Of a stretch of DNA of 64,000 bases, positions 1-10,602 are shown piece by piece (position 1 is the stretch's first letter; each line of letters starts with the position of its first letter). The notes under the pieces are model-generated. The model was not told the origin of the DNA. It made no database searches and was given only the letters and a program-made list of their open reading frames with translations. The position numbers and the translations under genes were made by a program. Source of the DNA: Botryllus schlosseri (Eukaryota); contig CM119384.1 in assembly GCA_051294905.1 (NCBI GenBank), positions 19,344,001 to 19,408,000 of the forward strand, read 5' to 3'.

Positions 1-53
1 AGGTCTCTAGTAGTTCGAATTGCTACTGGATAAGCTTTGCAAAATGTAAATAC

Positions 54-1048
54 TAGTGATGGTGTGAACGCGAGGTTCACGTTCGCGTTCTGTGTGTGAA
101 CTTCAGAAATTTAGAGTTTCACGTTCACAAACGAACCTTGGTAGGTTCTGCACTGTGAACCTTTTTTTTATATATTAAAATTTTCACTTCATTATAACAT
201 CTTTGGTTGAAATTTATTGCATTTCAACTGCGCGGGCCACTCTATGCATGGCGTTGGCAGCATAAAAAGATCAACATTAAACGACCATACACCTTTACAA
301 TCTCAAAAATCTTACTTGCTTTGTTACAAAAATTTGCTCGAAATATCCAGCTTTCCGTTTGTGAATATTTAGTGACTCTCTGCTGTGAGCTTGACCCGAA
401 ATCACACAACATCAAGACCAAATACGCTATAGTCAGCGAATGATGCTCATTCAACCAATCAAGAAACTTGATACCGTTATCCGATATAAAAATAAATCCA
501 GCAGGCGTACGGTGTCATTCTTCATATGTTCATTGTATCATAAAAACCAAATCCGTGCGACTGGGGTGTTGGCTACTGCTGTATAACTTGTTATTGGGGT
601 AATATCGGTAGCAAGTATAGAAACCCGTTTTACACTCTGCTCAATATCAACGTAGCAATACTCAGACGCCGAATACATTGTCCGGTCTGGCGTTGACCGT
701 TAAGGCGTAAGCTTATATTCCCTTGCAAGTCCTCGTCGAAATTGTTGGCAAAGCGACGGAAGATATTGGTTTATGGGATTATTATATCATTTGATTGCCC
801 TGGTTGATACATTTGGCGACGTTTAAAGCGTCAAAATGGAATTCAGCATTGTGGCATTATGTGTCCCGAGTCGTCGTTATGTATCGTGTCCATCAATATA
901 GTCTATCACTTTACTGAAATGTAGGGTTGGAATTAGCAATATGACGTCACGTGACGTCATGAGGTTCACGTTCGCGTTCACACAGAACCTTTCAAAAAGG
1001 TTCGCGTTCACACGAACCTGAACCTTTCATTGGTTCACACCATCCCTA
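54..1048. mobile_element. Non-autonomous hAT element, family A, copy 1
   Basis: Termini TAGTGATGGTGTGAAC / GTTCACACCATCCCTA (Ac-like TAGGGATG). Perfect 8-bp TSD gtaaatac at 46-53 and 1049-1056. Subterminal GTTCAC/GTTCGCG repeats. Homologous to 43526-44503 and 53893-54850. Confidence 0.93.
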
Positions 1049-1599
1049 GTAAATACGAATAAGTATTGGTAAAGTAACGACACCGATGATTTCACATACG
1101 ATTTATTATTGATTACTTCCCCTGTGGTTAAATGATATACTACTATTTCCGACTGTCATTCTGTACAAGCCGAGAGCGGCCCGGTCAGAATAAACAAAAT
1201 AGGAACAAGTAAACAAAATATATAGCATAGTATAGTATAGTTTACAATATATATATAATAGCCTAACATTCATAAACAGAACTAATCTGCAAGTGAAATC
1301 ACGGCTAATGTGACGCACAACGCATTGTTTCGTTAATCCACGACAGGAAATTACTGATCGCCACCGATTAATGTCTGTTAGCAGAAACATGTTACATTTA
1401 TTTATATCTTCATGTGATCATAATACAGAGTGTGGTGGCGCTACTTTTTGCATTCACGCAAAACATCAAAAGCAAAAGTTCATGCCACCAATATTCAGAA
1501 TAATTAAAGCGTCAGGATTATATTCGACGAATATGAAAGTATAGGCTACGTATCCAAATGATGTTGAAAAATATCAATGTACTGAAAGTATCGCTGGGA

Positions 1600-2160
1600 C
1601 GGTTTACATATAGATATATTCAATCATTTATACTAATATTATAATTAGCCTACTAGTCACGCCAATCGGACGGATTTCGGTTTTACGATACAATAAACAT
1701 GTCAACTAGATGCATCCTGTGCCTATGCTTTTTTACATTAGACAACGATGCATTCTTTAATTTAGTTGATGTCAATAAATTGATTAGTTTATCCAGGACA
1801 ATTCGGCCGATATACCTATACATGCGGTGAGTTTCGTGTTTGCTATTGTGTGATCGCAGGGATAGCTCAGAGCAGACAGTCACAAAATATTCACAAACGG
1901 GAAAACTGAACATTTCGAGTGAACTTTCCCGACAAAAAGCAAATATTTTTTTTTAATTGGTAAAGGCTGCATGCTGAATTTCTTTACATGCTGCATGCAG
2001 GTTAACAGGCTTCATGCGAAGAATGGTCCGAAATTGAAATACAAAGAATTTCAACCGAAGATGTTATAATGACTCGGAAAATGTAGTAGCCTATATGGAA
2101 CGGTTCACATGCAGAACCTACCAAGATTCGCTTGCGAGCGCGCACCTCCAAATTTCTGAA
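1600..2160 (-). repeat. Old diverged relative of the family A interior, no recognisable TIRs
   Basis: Minus strand contains cttggtaggttctgca, tcattataacatcttcggttgaaatt and gtttgtgaatattttgtgact, collinear with the family A interior. Boundaries are approximate. Confidence 0.65.
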
Positions 2161-2356
2161 AGCATTATCTATCGCAACTCGACTCAAATCATTAGAATTA
2201 ATGCCTCATTTTGATTCCATTATTCGATTCATGGTGCCCATTCATGACCACCACCACCAGCAGCACCATCACTACGAATCTTTATATCGAACCCTAACAG
2301 CTGACACACAGATTTTTCAAGGCATTGAGAGACAACTTATAAAGGCTCTAAAATCG

Positions 2357-2624
2357 GTGTTATTGTTTGTAATATTCATGGTGTTTGTCGACTACAATGG
2401 TCATTTACACTAGGCCGATACTCCTCCCGTAGCTGCATAATTTTAGCATGGCCCATTTCTAGGGTTTTTAAGACGCCGCTAACGCATATGAGATGGCGAG
2501 GAGGAGGCTAGATAAACTTCCAACACTTAGGCATAGGTATTCTGGAGTCAACCTTGGTCGGACTCGAACCCACAACCCATTGGTGTTGCAGCTGTGGATT
2601 ATTTTCCCACTACGCTACCTCGCC
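2357..2624 (-). mobile_element. tRNA-derived SINE, group 1
   Basis: Minus-strand head ggcgaggTAGCGTAGTGG (A box) and GGGTTCGAGTCC (B box). 3' end gtcgacaaacaccatgaata plus an A/C-rich tail. Matches copies at 26.5, 28.9 and 34.2 kb. Confidence 0.85.
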
Positions 2625-3732
2625 ACGCTAAAATTGAAGATAAATGAAATTATGGTCGAAATAACTCAAATAAGCTCCACATGTTATAATAACAATGCGG
2701 CACCGACTCGAAGTCGCAAAATCTTACATATACCGATGACCATTGGTAAAAACCGGCAATATCCGCGAAAATGAGGTCCAATTCCTAGTACTACGGAAGA
2801 GCCCCAGACGATCGGATTTTTTCCAGAGAAACTTGCAAATTTAATGCTGACATTACTATGCATTGACGCACGAGCGATAGTGTGCCTAGAACTAAAATGG
2901 GCCATTCTACAAGTCTGCAGCTCAGGGATCATAATAAAGCCTACCGGCCAGGTGAAAAATGACCTTGGTAGTCGAAACATCAGCAATATCATAAACAACA
3001 ACTACTAGCGCATCAATTCTCGACAACATGCTTCATAAGAGTTGTAAGAATTCCGGTAAATTGATAAAAAGGTTTTCGGACCTGACAAGATATAATGATC
3101 GACATCCGTTACAGGGTGGAGCCCTGAAAATGTAACAAAGTGTTCTATTTCATGCACCAGGTGACAACAAGGCGTGTACCGTACAACGGTTATCCTTACC
3201 TTAACTATCGAGAAAAGGTAATAGCACTCAACAAAGTTTCACGATCAGCGCCTGCCTGTATAGGCGCTGTTGATTTGTTCATGCTAATTGCCTCTCAACG
3301 CATGTACTGTACGTCGAACGCGGCGATACCCGTAATTATGCATAGAGTCATAGTCGCAATTAGTTTGCAACAGAGGAAAAGGACATTTCGAGTACTTGCA
3401 TAGTAACCACTACGATCGTAATCAGTTTATTTAATGATGCTCGTGTATGCGTACAAGCTCCATTTTTCAAGGTATTTCAGGTACGTCGTACGACATAAAA
3501 TTCCAAAGCACACCCGAAGTGCGTCAAAATTATTATTTTTAGCAAATCGCTCACACGTTTGTGGGTTTTAGTAACTCTTTGCAGTAACGACAAATATTTT
3601 CGTAGGCGTGAACGGATTATCAGGCCCTTGACTCAATGGCTTTCCCTGGGTATTTATAATATGTTTGCCTTGCAAGTTGCGCCAGTTGATGGAATTATTT
3701 GAGGGTAAATAGAAAAAGGTCATTCGCTCCGG

Positions 3733-3742
3733 TATATATATA
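3733..3742 (+). promoter_or_regulatory. Candidate TATA box of the lipocalin gene
   Basis: TATATATATA about 80 nt upstream of ATG 3820. Supported by position only. Confidence 0.4.
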
Positions 3743-3819
3743 GAGGCTAAGAAGGAGCAAGAAATCAAGCTGCATTATAGTCTTATAGCCATCGCTATCT
3801 TATTCAACGAAGAGAAATA

Positions 3820-6409
3820 ATGACTCGAACAATAATTCTTCTAGTATGTATTGTTGGCCATACACTAGGTCAGAAGACGTGCGATTTGAACCGTCCGACC
3901 CAGGATATCGATTGGAAAAAGGTAGCCGCTCTGATTCTGTCTGATAGCAGGAGTTCTTATCGATAATAATGTTTCTACAGTTACCCAGAGGGCCCTGGAT
4001 GTGGGCGCTTCACACCGCGGACGAGTACAAAGACAATTTCTCGTGTTCACGGGTAACAATATCTGGTGCCACCAGAAACGGTATAAAGTCTTTCGTCATT
4101 AATCAAAAGTATGGGTGAGTAATTGAAACACGAAACTCATTTTCAGCCAGGCTAATCAAACGCAATCATTCTTTATATGGGTTTATATATTTGTAAATAT
4201 GAGTCTAAGGGGGTCCGTTCCTCTACGACAGGGGTGGGCAAACTTTTTAACTCGCGGGCCGCATGCAACATCTGAATTCATTCGCGGGCCGCACTATATA
4301 AAATGTGGATTATAAACCAAAACGCGATATTGATATTTGATTATATAGTGAGGACATGGAGACAATATATGTGCTTATTTAAAACTAGCCAAGTATTGCT
4401 TTGATGATATCGTACATGCGTTAGAAACATATAGTGGCGAGATTTCATAGGCTGGCGGACCTCAATAACCAATTTGTCAAAACTATGGAGTTGAAAGTCG
4501 GTTTGGCCCGATTCTTAGAACAGGATTGAAATATAAATCTGTGAGCAGCGATCTGTTCATAGATTTACGAATTCCACTTTGGGCTCAGTTCCAGGACACA
4601 CAATGCTGACAGCATAATAACCATGTTAGCTTCAAACACGTCTACTATGTGTAGATAAAATATAAATACCCCCATTCTACGCATACAGACAACGAATCTA
4701 CCTAAGACACGCCCGAATCGTTTTTCATGAGCATATCACTAAAATAATTGAAAATGAAGTGGCCAATCTGAAAGCCCACTGGTGATTCAAATGATGTCAA
4801 TCTCGTTGCAGCTATCCCACTGTGATATTAAGTATTTACCTTGGATCAGTGGTTCTAAAACTTTTTAAGGCACGTGCCCACCCCCTTATGATGGTCAAAG
4901 ATTTCGCGCCCCCTTATCGTCATATCACAAAACGCAACCAGGAAGCTAGCAAACCTAATGGGTAGTTTGATGGCATGGAAGGTTACGACTGTGGATGAGA
5001 GATTTTTAAATATGTAATTCAGACTAAAGACATAGCAACAACTATGAATGGTATGAAAATCGCGCGAAGCGCGAAAATTTTCTTAAGTTGAGCTCAGCTT
5101 CGCGCCCCTCTTCAGATGCTTTCACACCCCCAAGGGGGGCGCGCCCACCAGTTTGAAAACCACTGTCTTAGAATTATCATGGTGAAATATACTAAGAAAT
5201 AGTTAATCAAGTCCCTGTATTAATTCGATTTTTAGTACGCATTTTATCAAAATTTTTAAAAAGTTTCTTTAGACTCTCGCGGGCCGCACAGAACGGCGTG
5301 GCGGGCCGCATGCGGCCCGCGGGCCGTAGTTTGCCCACCCCTGCTCTGCGACCTTGAAACTCGCTGTACGGCACTGCTGCCAATATTCATTTTCTATTTT
5401 CGCCATAGGTCGCAAGCACATCAAATATATGAAATCACAGGACGGTACCAGTCCCCGGCTGTGTACAGAGTACCTCGCTTCGGTAACAGCGCTACTATTC
5501 GCTCAGAATCTATGGACGTTTCACCACTTATATTCTTGTATTTTCAGGAAGAGCTTGGAGAAACGTCCTCATTCACAATTTATCGATCAAAGACAGATTG
5601 AAGATATTTCGCGAAGGTTAGTTTTGAATATATTATCATAATCTGGATTTATCTTTTGTATAATTCATAGCAGTAGATTAACCGACAGGTGAGTAAATCA
5701 CTCACATGTTACAGAGTGCACTGACCATAGGATATTGGGAGATTAGGTCGCAATCCATGTAATATTTCATATTTAATCAATAAATGATAACATAAAACTA
5801 ATCATAACCTGTAATCCGAAGTCTGTAAATGAAGGAAGTATACGAAACTGCTCCGAATAGCCAAGTTGAGATGTATTCCCTTATTCGAATCGATAGCTAA
5901 TAGAGGGTGGGCTGCATTCGTTGGGTTTAGTTAGGGGTACGGTCCAACCACAAAGCTTTACAAGCGACCGGTCAAAATTGAGTAATAGCTAGTGGAGAAT
6001 TGGTGGAGAGAAATGATTGTCTGGGCGTATTTTCGTATAACTCACTATAGAAATATGTTCTGTTTCAGTCGTTGACTCACCACTGGCTGGTTTGGTGTCT
6101 TTCCTGACCGACTATAAGAACTATTTCATAACATCTACATGCATGCCAACAGGTACGTTCTTCGATTGCAACGTCAAGTTCCTGTTCCAATTCCAATCAA
6201 ATTTCTGTCAAATGTCAAAACTGCTTTGATATTTCTTAGGTGATGTATCAGTTACCGCCTACACGATGCACAAGCGAGTCACGCCGCTGCTAGAGAAACG
6301 AATACATGGAGTTCTCAAGCAAAATAATATCACGACAATTCCGATCAAGTTGAATTGTAAGGAAATTATCAACAGGCGGAATCGATTAGGAAAAAGACCA
6401 GTTCAGTAA
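3820..6409 (+). CDS. Secreted lipocalin, apolipoprotein D/Lazarillo-like, 210 aa, 6 coding exons
   Basis: Exons 3820-3921, 3981-4114, 5409-5482, 5548-5616, 6069-6152, 6240-6409. All introns are GT-AG with phases 0,2,1,1,1, giving 633 nt in frame. Signal peptide MTRTIILLVCIVGHTLG. Motif 1 CDLNRPTQDIDWKKLPRGPW (G-x-W), motif 2 FLTDYKNYFITSTC (TDY), C-terminal VLKQNNITTIPIKLNC. Four mature Cys spaced as in ApoD. AATAAA at 6532-6537. Confidence 0.85.
4229..5343. mobile_element. Non-autonomous hAT element (Charlie/Buster-like) in lipocalin intron 2
   Basis: TIR CAGGGGTGGGCAAAC / GTTTGCCCACCCCTG, subterminal GCGGGCCGC repeats, TSD ctctacga/ctctgcga (7 of 8). Confidence 0.9.
4847..5165. mobile_element. 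hAT MITE nested inside the 4229-5343 element
   Basis: Termini CAGTGGTTCTAAAAC / GTTTGAAAACCACTG. TSD is degraded (ccttggat/tcttagaa, 5 of 8). Confidence 0.75.
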
Positions 6410-6663
6410 TGAAATGTGAAGCATTTATAAGTGTACGGGAAATATTTTATTGGATCGTCTGTGAAACTTTTTTCATTCTATGCGCATCATCAACTCTTTT
6501 GTCTGTGTATTTTTATATTGGCTTACACCTAAATAAATATTCGAGTCAGATATGTCTTGTCCCCTTCTCAAACGTTTTGGATGGGCAAATTAAGATATGA
6601 TATTTGCCGTTTTCAACTTGAATGGGATTGCGAGGACGATAGCCAGGATAAGCGCCTACTAGC

Positions 6664-6697
6664 CAGGGATATCTAAAACTGTGTTTAGATATCCCTG
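6664..6697. repeat. 34-bp hAT-like hairpin
   Basis: CAGGGATATCTAAA-actgtg-TTTAGATATCCCTG, a perfect 14-bp stem. Flanks tactagc/tactaac. Same termini as 17628-17655. Confidence 0.75.
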
Positions 6698-6842
6698 TAC
6701 TAACTGTACATTAGTGGATTATGGGTCGAAAACGGTTTCAGAGGGGTTTTGACTAATTATTGACGCATAGAAAGTCATCGCTAGCTCACCACTTCGGACT
6801 TGAAAGCAGAACAGTTACCCATATACGGTCTAACCCCTATAG

Positions 6843-7144
6843 CAGGGGTGTCAAACTCAAATTACGGTGCGAACGGATTCAAGCCTTCAAATAGCTTGCG
6901 GGCCCTACCAGTCAACTGTTTCCAAAATGTTGCCTCGTACTCGTACGTGCTTTTGACTCCAATACCTTAAAAGAATATATAGATAATACTCGGATTATTG
7001 GATTTTTAAGTAGCAAGTCGCAACACATTTATTCTCAACATTTGTTACAAATGTGCTGGAAAATAAAAGAATTTTTAAATCTACTCAGAATTGCTTCGCG
7101 GGCCGGATGAAATCGTCTGGCGAGCCGTATGTTTGACACCCCTG
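6843..7144. mobile_element. hAT MITE (Charlie/Buster-like)
   Basis: TIR CAGGGGTGTCAAAC / GTTTGACACCCCTG, perfect TSD ccctatag. A related end fragment lies at 18983-19046. Confidence 0.93.
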
Positions 7145-7486
7145 CCCTATAGCCTTACAAAAAGCAAAACTCTTTTTTTCTGGTATACTTGTGACCAATT
7201 GGTACTCGTAAGACATATTTCCACCATGAAACCCCTATCTGAGAACATATCCATAGGGAAGTGTGAACTGTCAATAAAGGTCTATGAGTTCTTTCATAAA
7301 ATCGAGAGCTTCAGAATAATACGACATATATCCCCGGCAGGTGGTGCTAGGGAGTCTAAATTACTTGAAGCAACCCGGTAGCAGCAATTTGACCTTTCCG
7401 GAACACTTGAACCGCAAATATCGGCGTATGGGAACAATATAACAATTCTTGCAGCAAACAATACGTTCATATTGCCAAATTTATTC

Positions 7487-7522
7487 CACTGGAAGCTTTT
7501 CGACTGGCTCTTTTCAGCAATG
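7487..7522 (-). ncRNA. Minimal type I hammerhead ribozyme motif, degenerate core
   Basis: Minus strand cattg-CTGAAAA-gagccagtc-GAAA-agct-TC-cagtg. Stem I cattg/cagtg (one G-U), weak stem II, palindromic AGCT at stem III, UC cleavage site. One core mismatch against CUGANGA. Confidence 0.6.
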
Positions 7523-7666
7523 AACGACAGTAAATGAGGTTACCCAAGTTCGAAATATAGATAAAATTTTGGCGTTGTGACGTGATAATGACAAATACAC
7601 AGAGTAGCTCGAACGCTAGTAAACAGCGCGCGGTTACGGTACAGCACACACAAAATCAGCTGTAAA

Positions 7667-8627
7667 TAGGACAGAGAGAGTTTGAGACAGAGAGAGTTTT
7701 TATTGAGCAAAAAAAATACATTCAAAAACAAAATACATGTTGCAGCGATACGGTTCCTTAGGGACCATCTAGTCAGCTGCAGCGATGGAGTACAAAAATC
7801 GTCTTTTAATAGAGTCTCGCGTCAAGAATAAATTAAAAACAGGTAGAACAGTGGTAAGTTGGAACAACAACAGAGTAACAGGCAACAATAATTAAGAAGT
7901 AAACTAAAGAATGAAATGCAATGAAAACAACAAATAAATAGAAGATGGATAAATGTACAGAGTTGTCAGTTCAAATTCTAAAAAAGAAACAATTTGGCAA
8001 CGTATGATTATCAAATCCAATAAACGGCAATTACAATGCAAATCTAACTAACTTCAATATGACAAGAGTAAATGAGATTTAAATTCGCGACAAAAGGCTG
8101 AAAAAGACATTTCTGGGCTGGGCACAATGATTCGAGTACTCGAATCTGAATCGAGTATTAATTTTAATGATTCGAGTCGAGCAGTAAAAGACGATATTTT
8201 CGAGTACTGAAATTACAAGCTCCTCGCCACTGAAAGTTAATTTATCAACGAGAATTATAGTTTTGATGCTAGTTTCCAATGTGGAAGGCTTAAAACACTG
8301 ATTGGCTGCATTGAAGCATACGAAACATAGTACAAAGCTACAAAGCTTACGTGAAATAACACATTTTCGAAGTCATAATCATCCCATAACCTTGTCACGA
8401 AGTGCAATGAAATCGGTATGGTCGAAAAAATATCAAAGCATCTTTAATGTGGTGGATAACAGGCATTATATTCTTTGCTGTGGCATAAAAGGTACATATT
8501 TGAACTTTGACATATTACATTCTGTTATGACGTCATAATGTGTGATACTCGAATACTCGACTCGACTCGAAGCATAGTACGTGATTCAGAATCGAATCAC
8601 TCAGGTACTCGATTTTGCCCAGCCCTA
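7667..8627. mobile_element. Non-autonomous hAT element, family B, copy 1, left TIR interrupted
   Basis: Perfect TSD gctgtaaa at 7659-7666 and 8628-8635. The left TIR TAGGGCTGGGCA is split as TAGG...GGGCTGGGCAC, and the right end is TGCCCAGCCCTA. TACTCGA/TCGAGTA subterminal repeats. Body 8115-8627 matches 42706-43209. Confidence 0.85.
7671..8114 (-). mobile_element. 5'-truncated CR1/L2-group LINE 3' end
   Basis: Minus strand gives the last ORF2 codons SFSAFCREFKSHLLLSY*, a 3' UTR with gactagatgg...ccgtatcgc, then aataaaa and a CT-rich tail. Confidence 0.7.
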
Positions 8628-10351
8628 GCTGTAAACAGCCGAATAACAAAACAACACTAATGAAAGATTCCCAGCGTGTAGAGATATTCCTTCTGGCGAC
8701 AGAGGATCGGCTTTGGCAGCTTTATAATGGTTGATTCAAAGACTTTTAAATGAAAAAGAGAACGACCACGGGCAACTATGGAAAACCGATTGTTATTGTA
8801 AAGTTTTGCACACTATGGGTGTTTCAATAGGTGCTGTCCGATGGCAGAATTACATGCTGTTACTTGGTCATAATCAGTTAATCACACATGGTAACTAGGG
8901 ACTGTGATGATGAAGCAGACATGTTATCACCCTGCGAATTCCTGGCACGAAAAACATATCTGGGAGGCGTATGCAGTAGCGTTACGACAAGAAAAAAAAA
9001 TCAAAATTTGTGTGTCCTGTAGTCACAAACGATGAACTTTTGTGTCCTGATTGCAAAATTACCAAAACTTGAGACTGGGTAACAAAATTTTTCTAGTTTT
9101 CACCGGATGAAGGATAGGCTTTTTTTGTGGGTACAGACTATATAATATATATACCGACTGATTTTAATTTAACTGGCCCAATTCCAATTGCGAAGATTTA
9201 AAATAGTATTTTGGTAAATTTTGATCGCTCATATTGAATTATTCTTATCGTTTTCTTGCTTACAGTCAAAATTAAATAATTAATAAATAATTAATAATGT
9301 CGATTTTAGATGTAGACTATATAGATCGTTTAATTTCAACTTGTCTGACACAAATCGAACTGGTTGTTCGAAAAGGCGAAAGTAGAACAACTCAACATAT
9401 TTTCAGCGGTCTAGAATACCGATTAGAGGAATATGATGAAAATTTGAAAATGTCATATCATATGTGACTCAGCATCTGTTGATACTGGGCGGCGGAATGG
9501 CGTTGTTGAGAGAGAGAGAGAGTCTTTATTTTCATCGAACCAAAATACATAACAAACGGCAGTGATGGTGGTACAGAAAATATGCGTGCACAGTATTCGG
9601 TATTAGATAGGAATGATCGATAAGACCGTGAAGGTCATCTAGTCTGATCACACCAGCATCAAACAGGTACACTTGACTCTGAACAGTCTGGCTGTAAAGA
9701 AATGTTTAGTTAAAGGAAAATAGAAAAAAAATTAAACAATGGTGGCAAATGATCAATGAAGCAATGTCTGGGCGAGGTAGGGCAACAGTGTTAGTGTAAC
9801 GACAAGAGGTGATCAAGTAGGGCTTTTTTGAATCCATTATAAGGCAATTCACGGATATGTGGTGGTAATGCATTCCAGATGATAGGTCCCGAGTAGTCGA
9901 TAGATCTCTTAGTTAGGTTGCTATTGGGTGGGGGTAAGTAGATGTTTCCTTTAGACGAGGATCTCGTGTAATGGGAATGGACATGTTTAGCAGGTATGAA
10001 AAAGTCATCAAACACAGGAGGCAGACTATTGGAGAAATATTTGTGAACAACTTTTGATACTTCGAAGCGATATAGTTCATCAACTCGCAAAATTCGATGC
10101 TTACGGTAGTAAGGCGATAAATTGGTACGTAAAGGTACAGATGAGATCAGCCGTATCGCACGGTTTTGCAGGGTTCGAATTCTGCACAAAAATGTTGTGC
10201 ATGCATTTCCTCATACTACGATTCCATATTGCAGATGAGAGTGGAAAAGAGAGAAGTAGATGGTAGCACTGATCTGGAAACCAAAGATTGGAGACGGGTC
10301 ATTATTCCCACACACCGAGCTAGTTTTGATATTGTGCATTCAATATGCTGC

Positions 10352-10602
10352 GAGATAGTGTAATGGTTATGCGTCCGGTTTGTCGAGCGGTGGGTCGTGG
10401 GTTCCCCGGCCGGGTCATACCAAAGACTCGAAAAATGGTATCCGCAGCTATCCTGCTAGGCGCTCAGCAATTACGGATAGCATGGAGGAGAAAAAAAACG
10501 GGGGCGCAGACTAGATGACCTCATGGGGCCGTATCGCAACTCCGTCGTCAAAGCATCTCGATGGTGCAGGCGAAAAAGAATATCATATCTCTCTCTCTCT
10601 CT
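10352..10602 (+). mobile_element. tRNA-derived SINE, group 2, inserted antisense in LINE-A
   Basis: Head gagaTAGTGTAATGG with a partly deleted B box, core ccggccgggtcataccaaagact, (CT)n tail, short TSD ctgc. The empty site is visible in the second LINE copy near 15435. Confidence 0.85.

Larger units (their letters stand above)
7480..8870 (-). mobile_element. Penelope-like retroelement remnant (GIY-YIG C-terminus plus pLTR), split by the 7667-8627 insertion
   Basis: Minus 8870-8657 reads NSAIGQHLLKHP*CAKLYNNNRFSIVARGRSLFHLKVFESTIIKLPKPILCRQKEYLYTLGIFH*, recognisable as the C-terminal part of a Penelope GIY-YIG endonuclease with one internal stop. With the insertion removed, a hammerhead motif and AATAAA (7485-7480) follow about 165 nt after the stop. 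Confidence 0.8.

Noticed and set aside
2530-2624. tRNA genes at A/B-box sites (also 10352, 20434, 26700, 34192)
   Set aside because: Each continues into a shared SINE body and tail, and no complete cloverleaf was seen.
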